From Chrysochromulina tobinii (taxonomy: Eukaryota): DNA of 45,021 bases. Location of the stretch: positions 1-45,021 of the forward strand of contig JWZX01001788.1 in the NCBI GenBank assembly GCA_001275005.1, in the 5' to 3' direction. Below the pieces are notes generated by a model that saw only the letters and a list, made by a program, of their open reading frames with translations, was not told where the DNA came from and searched no databases. The translations under genes were made by a program, and so were the position numbers. Shown piece by piece: positions 40,570 through 45,021 of this stretch; position 1 is the stretch's first letter; each line of letters opens with the position of its first letter.

Positions 40570-43500
40570 TCAGTGCATGGAGCCGCCGCCTGCCTTCGCC
40601 TTCTGCCGATCGAGGAATGCCTTCCGCCCCTCCGCGTTCTTGCCCGCCTGCTGGACGATCTCCTCTCTCCAGTCGAAGCAGCGGTTGAACCATCTGATGT
40701 GCGAGACGCCGAGCACAGGGTACATGCCAGTCATGGCGGGGAAAAAGGCCCAGCCAAACACGGCGAGCTTGGTGACGACGGCGGCGGCCGTGATCTGGAG
40801 CACGACGTGGATCAGCCACGGGTCGCGCTGTGGGTGGGGCATGCCCTCCCAGCAGCCCAGCCCGATGGCGCCCATGCACAGCGCCGTCGAGAGCACGCCC
40901 TCGAGGCCGAGGCGTAGTGGACTCGTGCCGAGGCCGTCGAGCACCGGAGGGGCCACGACGAAGGCAAAGTAGCGAAGCGCCGTGTCAAGCCAGACGCGCA
41001 CCGGCCGACGGCAGCAGCCAACCTTGTCGCCGATGTCCAAGAGCGGCACATTCACATCCGACCGACGAGGCGGCGCGGATCCGGAAATCCTTGCCAAGAC
41101 CTTCTCGTACCCTATTCTTATCGCATGCGCGTAGGCGTCCTCAAATTCATCGATGTCGATGTCGCCGTCGGTGTCGGTGTCGATGGCCTTGAAGAATTTG
41201 TCTCTGTCGAGCTCATCGAACAATTCCTTTGCAAAGGCGACGTCGTCGAAGAACTCTTTCAGCTCGTTGACGGTTATCCTTCCATCCTCATTACGGTCGA
41301 TTTTGCAAAAGAGATCATGCGCAGCGGGAAAACTCTTTTTGAGCTCTTCCAGCTCTGCGATAGACTTGTAGGCGACCCCAAATTCTTCGGCATCGATGTA
41401 ATCGTTGTCGTCGATGTCTTTGGCGTCGAAGGCCCTTGACAATCGCGTCTTAAAGGCGTCGTCGGTATGATTCAGCTCGTCTTTCAGCTCGAGGACTGTT
41501 ATCCTTCCATCCTTATCACTGTCGATTCGGCAAAAGAGTTGATGCGCATCGGGAGAGCGCTTCTTGAGCACGTTGAGTTTGTCTGCGAGAGACTCGGGTG
41601 CCAGCTCCTCCGGCCACATGCCCTGGGAGCATGGCCTCAGGTTTTTACGGCAGGTCATTCGCTCGGTCGCATCGACGCGAATCTTGTAGATAGGCGGCAG
41701 CACTTGGTCATCGACTTCCTTGATCACCGCCCTAGCCACGGTGCCGTCGCGCTTGCGATAGAAGCACTCGGTGTCGACGCGCAGCACCGATGCGTCAGTG
41801 TCAGTGCGTGAGGGCGTGGATCCCGAGCTGAGCATCCCGAAGAAGTAGTCGAAGAAGGGCTGGATGAGCCACAGGGCCGCCAAGGCGGGGGGTACGATCC
41901 AGGCCCAGCTGCCGATGGCGTAGCCGAGCATGCCGACCGCCAGGGCGCGTAGGCACATGTCGGAGGCGAAGTAGAGGGCGGAGCCGAGGAGGAGGGCCTT
42001 GGAGGAGATGAGCCACCCACGGACACGGCAGGGGCGGTCGGTCGCTGGGTTGAGGACGAATGAGGTGAGGGCGATGAAGAGGGAGAGGAAGGAGACGCCC
42101 GCGGAGAGGATGAGAATCAAGTGGTGATGATACGCGCGCTGAGGGCCGATGCTCATGATGATCAGCACCTGGAAGTAGAGCATTGGGGCGGAGAGGAAGA
42201 GGGCCTGCACGAGCCGGAGCACCGTGAAGACCTCCTGCAGCTCCGCCTCGTCCTCCATTGGACTCCCGCCGGGCATCATGACGCGGAAGAGCTCGACGAA
42301 GGCCGTGAGACCGAGTGGCGTGCAGCAGCCGTACGGCATGAGCTGCCGGCCTGGGTCCGCGAGAGATCGGATCTCCGACCGCTCGACGCGCACCTCGTTC
42401 TTCTTGTCCGCGATGCTGTTGATGTGGTAGCCGGGACCGGTGAGGGCACCGACCTTGGGCCGCGACCACACGTCGCCTTTGCCGCCCTTGCCGCGGTCGG
42501 CGGTGTCACGGTGGCCGCCGAGGCCTGCGAGCTCTCCGACCGAGCGGTCCGAGTCCGCGCCCGAGCGGTCGGTGAAGAAAGGAGGCTCCTCGATCTCGAC
42601 TGTGAAGTAGCCCCCCGTGGAGCCGTACCCCATGCGGGGCGTCGTAAAGATCGAGTCCGTGAGCGACACGTCCGTTCGGGCGGAGAGCTCCAGCTTCAAG
42701 TCCTTAGGCGCTGGGGCTCGGATTGACGGAGCGGTCGGGATGGAGATCTGCGAGATCTGCGAGATCTGCGTGCGCTGCGTGCCGGTCACAGTGCCCGAGC
42801 GCTCTGTGCCAGTGCGGAAGGTGGACTCCTCGCTCCTGTCCTTGAGCTGCTGCGCGCGCTGTGCTTCGAGGACGGCCATCCGATCTGGAGCGTTGGGATG
42901 GAGGCGGGGGATCGCCTGCGCAACCGTGCCCTTGCTCGGCGTCCTGCCCACGACCTTGCCAAGCTTCTCCTCGCCCGCTTCGTCAAAGAAGCGCACACGC
43001 TGACCTACCTCGGGCTTCGCGGGCTGCGAGATGGATGAGGCGAACATGAGGGAGACGACGAAGGCCATGATGAAGATGAGCACCATGTTGATCAGGTAGA
43101 GCACGTATCCGTGCTGGGCGAAGTGCAGGATCGAGAGCCCGAGCGCCCCGAGCTGCAGCAGGTTCATCACAAAGTCACGCAGGGCGCGCAGCTTCCAAGT
43201 GACGCCCGCGCCGTAGCGCAGCTCCGTGTCCCATCGCACGCAGAGCTGCCCCTGGACCTCGAGGTTGCCCTCGACGGGCTGCAGAGGCATCCAGAGCTCC
43301 GTCATGTCTCCGGCGATGAGCTGGCGCAGCCGCAGCCGGCACTCGCCCATCTTGTCATCGCCAGTAAAGGTATCGTTGTCGTAGACGGTAAGGGTCACCT
43401 CCTGGTCTGGGTCGAGGTCGGCGATCGCGCAGCACGGTGCGCACGTGCGTAAGAGGCTCGAGACCAGAGGGAGCTCCTTCTCGGCTCGGAGCGTAAACGA

Positions 43501-45021
43501 CTCCTCCCAACTAGGGTACAGGGTGTCGTACTGGGTCGATGTGTACCAGTAGCGCGTGCCAAACTCGAGCATCACGTACGGGTCGGACGAGGCCTTCTGA
43601 CCCACCATGGTGAGCGCGTTCTGGTCCATGGAGGGCAGGTTGGAGGCCGAGGCGATCGTGAACTCGATAGTGGCGCCCGTCACCTCGAGCTCGCCGGTCT
43701 GAATCTCCCACGGCAGCACTGGCATCGACTGCATCATGAGCTGCGCCATGGTCATCGCTCGGGGATTCATCCCTTCTGCGATTCCGCCAGCCCCCATCCC
43801 CATGCCACCTTGCATCGCCATACCTTGCCCCATGCCCTGCATCCCCGGCCCCATGCCCGCAGGCCCATGGCCACCCATGTTGAACAGGCGCTGCTTCTCC
43901 AGCTTATCGACGAGTGCATTGGCGCGATTGATCTCCGCATTGACGAGATTGTCCCAGACCAGCCCGAAGAGCACGGTGCACACCACGATCGCCAAGGCCC
44001 AGAGGACGCCCCCTTCGAACGCGCCCCTGTAATCGACCTCGGGCGGTGGCTGACACACGCACGCCGAGCGGAAATAGCCACTCACCTCCTCTGGCGACTC
44101 ACCCTTGTAGCACGACCAGCCGGAGGCGATCGGGAGGAAGAGGTACATCTCGGTGACGACCGCCGCGGCGGCCTTGGCCACGGCGGCCTCGTACCGCCTG
44201 CGCTTCGCTTCGGCGTGAGAGTCGCCTTCCCACGTCACCTCTGGCTCGACGTGCACGGGCACCCCACACTCGGTGCCGACGCGATCGGCGTACACAAAGG
44301 ATTCGAACGAGGACCCTTTGTTGCCCCCGAGAGTGCCTTTTGTGGACTGATCCATGCCCACCTTGCCGCCGACGGCCTGGTCGACGATACCCTGCACATC
44401 CGCGCGGAACTTGGCGCGCTCCTGCTCGTCGCTCAACGTGGTCACAATCGCCGACAGCCGAGGCCCGCTGTGCTCGTCGCTGTGCTGGTCGCTCTGCTCG
44501 CCGCTCTCGGCGAGGCGTCGGGCAACGGCGGCGGCGGCGGCGGCGGCGGTGCTGCTGACTGCCTCGACGAGGCTACGCCGCCGGGCGGGGTTCTCGAGGT
44601 CGATCTTATTGGTGGCGAGCCAGTCCTCGAGCACGGTGATCGGGCGCGGCGGCGCGGGCGGCGAGCGGGGATTCGGCGGCGGCCTCGCGGGTGGCTTCAC
44701 CGGAGGCGGCGAACCGGGCGGCGCGGGCGGCGCGGGCGGCGGCGGCGGGGGATTGGGCGGCGGCGGTGGCTCGGGCGGCGCCGGCGGGTGGTCATACACG
44801 AGGCGCCCGAGCCCGTAGTACGCCGAGAGCGCCTCGATGATCGGAAGGCGCCATGCTCCAGCGAGAGTCTGCTCCAGATTGGTGGCCGACTCGCTGCCGC
44901 AGAGCTCGGTGCAGGTTTGGCCGGGGTCCGAGAGCTCCCAGCAGTGGCCTTCGAGGTAGATGCCCAGGCAGTTGGGCGGGGCGGCGGGCGGCGGCGGCGA
45001 AGGAGGCGGCGGCGAGGGCGG
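40570..45021 (-). CDS. large membrane protein, 5'-partial: Pro-rich/Cys extracellular part, TM, C2 domain, XK-related-like TM bundle, four EF-hands
   Basis: Frame stays open to the window end. C2: ASNLPSMD..SSDPYV..TLYPSWEESF..VYDNDTFTGDDKMG. XK-like: LVQALFLSAPMLYFQ. EF loops DSDKDGRITVLE, DIDDNDYIDAEE, DRNEDGRITVNE, DTDTDGDIDIDE. Confidence 0.85.
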   Translation of the reverse strand, partial: PPSPPPPSPPPPAAPPNCLGIYLEGHCWELSDPGQTCTELCGSESATNLEQTLAGAWRLPIIEALSAYYGLGRLVYDHPPAPPEPPPPPNPPPPPPAPPAPPGSPPPVKPPARPPPNPRSPPAPPRPITVLEDWLATNKIDLENPARRRSLVEAVSSTAAAAAAAVARRLAESGEQSDQHSDEHSGPRLSAIVTTLSDEQERAKFRADVQGIVDQAVGGKVGMDQSTKGTLGGNKGSSFESFVYADRVGTECGVPVHVEPEVTWEGDSHAEAKRRRYEAAVAKAAAAVVTEMYLFLPIASGWSCYKGESPEEVSGYFRSACVCQPPPEVDYRGAFEGGVLWALAIVVCTVLFGLVWDNLVNAEINRANALVDKLEKQRLFNMGGHGPAGMGPGMQGMGQGMAMQGGMGMGAGGIAEGMNPRAMTMAQLMMQSMPVLPWEIQTGELEVTGATIEFTIASASNLPSMDQNALTMVGQKASSDPYVMLEFGTRYWYTSTQYDTLYPSWEESFTLRAEKELPLVSSLLRTCAPCCAIADLDPDQEVTLTVYDNDTFTGDDKMGECRLRLRQLIAGDMTELWMPLQPVEGNLEVQGQLCVRWDTELRYGAGVTWKLRALRDFVMNLLQLGALGLSILHFAQHGYVLYLINMVLIFIMAFVVSLMFASSISQPAKPEVGQRVRFFDEAGEEKLGKVVGRTPSKGTVAQAIPRLHPNAPDRMAVLEAQRAQQLKDRSEESTFRTGTERSGTVTGTQRTQISQISQISIPTAPSIRAPAPKDLKLELSARTDVSLTDSIFTTPRMGYGSTGGYFTVEIEEPPFFTDRSGADSDRSVGELAGLGGHRDTADRGKGGKGDVWSRPKVGALTGPGYHINSIADKKNEVRVERSEIRSLADPGRQLMPYGCCTPLGLTAFVELFRVMMPGGSPMEDEAELQEVFTVLRLVQALFLSAPMLYFQVLIIMSIGPQRAYHHHLILILSAGVSFLSLFIALTSFVLNPATDRPCRVRGWLISSKALLLGSALYFASDMCLRALAVGMLGYAIGSWAWIVPPALAALWLIQPFFDYFFGMLSSGSTPSRTDTDASVLRVDTECFYRKRDGTVARAVIKEVDDQVLPPIYKIRVDATERMTCRKNLRPCSQGMWPEELAPESLADKLNVLKKRSPDAHQLFCRIDSDKDGRITVLELKDELNHTDDAFKTRLSRAFDAKDIDDNDYIDAEEFGVAYKSIAELEELKKSFPAAHDLFCKIDRNEDGRITVNELKEFFDDVAFAKELFDELDRDKFFKAIDTDTDGDIDIDEFEDAYAHAIRIGYEKVLARISGSAPPRRSDVNVPLLDIGDKVGCCRRPVRVWLDTALRYFAFVVAPPVLDGLGTSPLRLGLEGVLSTALCMGAIGLGCWEGMPHPQRDPWLIHVVLQITAAAVVTKLAVFGWAFFPAMTGMYPVLGVSHIRWFNRCFDWREEIVQQAGKNAEGRKAFLDRQKAKAGGGSMH

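Overview
This is GC-rich, gene-dense, intron-poor eukaryotic nuclear DNA. Its style suggests a haptophyte alga of the Chrysochromulina type (inference only): NLRC3-like LRR gene, bipartite plastid-targeting peptides, short head-to-head intergenic gaps. About 19 protein-coding genes can be supported: a Pro-rich gene end, a SKP1-like/F-box-like/LRR fusion, a giant coiled-coil protein, Aurora kinase, a plastid-targeted mitochondrial-carrier-family protein, a DHHC palmitoyltransferase, an INCENP IN-box + FHA protein, PDZ-NHL, a kinesin with a WW domain, two small membrane proteins, EF-hand and MORN proteins, a C2HC-zinc-finger/EF-hand protein, a secreted CUB-like protein, an ABC1 kinase, a RING E3 ligase, a ureidoglycolate-lyase-like protein, a probable G-protein gamma subunit and a large C2/EF-hand/XK-like membrane protein. 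The most striking signal is a family of four spliceosomal introns in three unrelated genes (7881-7952, 8143-8212, 29300-29491, 35208-35275). They are built from 10-nt branch-point-like repeats (CTGATTGCxx), three end in ATTGCATGCAG, and each is flanked by a 12-31-nt direct duplication of exon sequence that supplies one splice site, so splicing restores one copy of the target. A related (TTGAC)n insertion with a 25-nt duplication sits at 9559-9644. This looks like an active intron-generating system. No rRNA, tRNA, CRISPR or autonomous transposon was recognised. All domain calls are by eye, without database searches.
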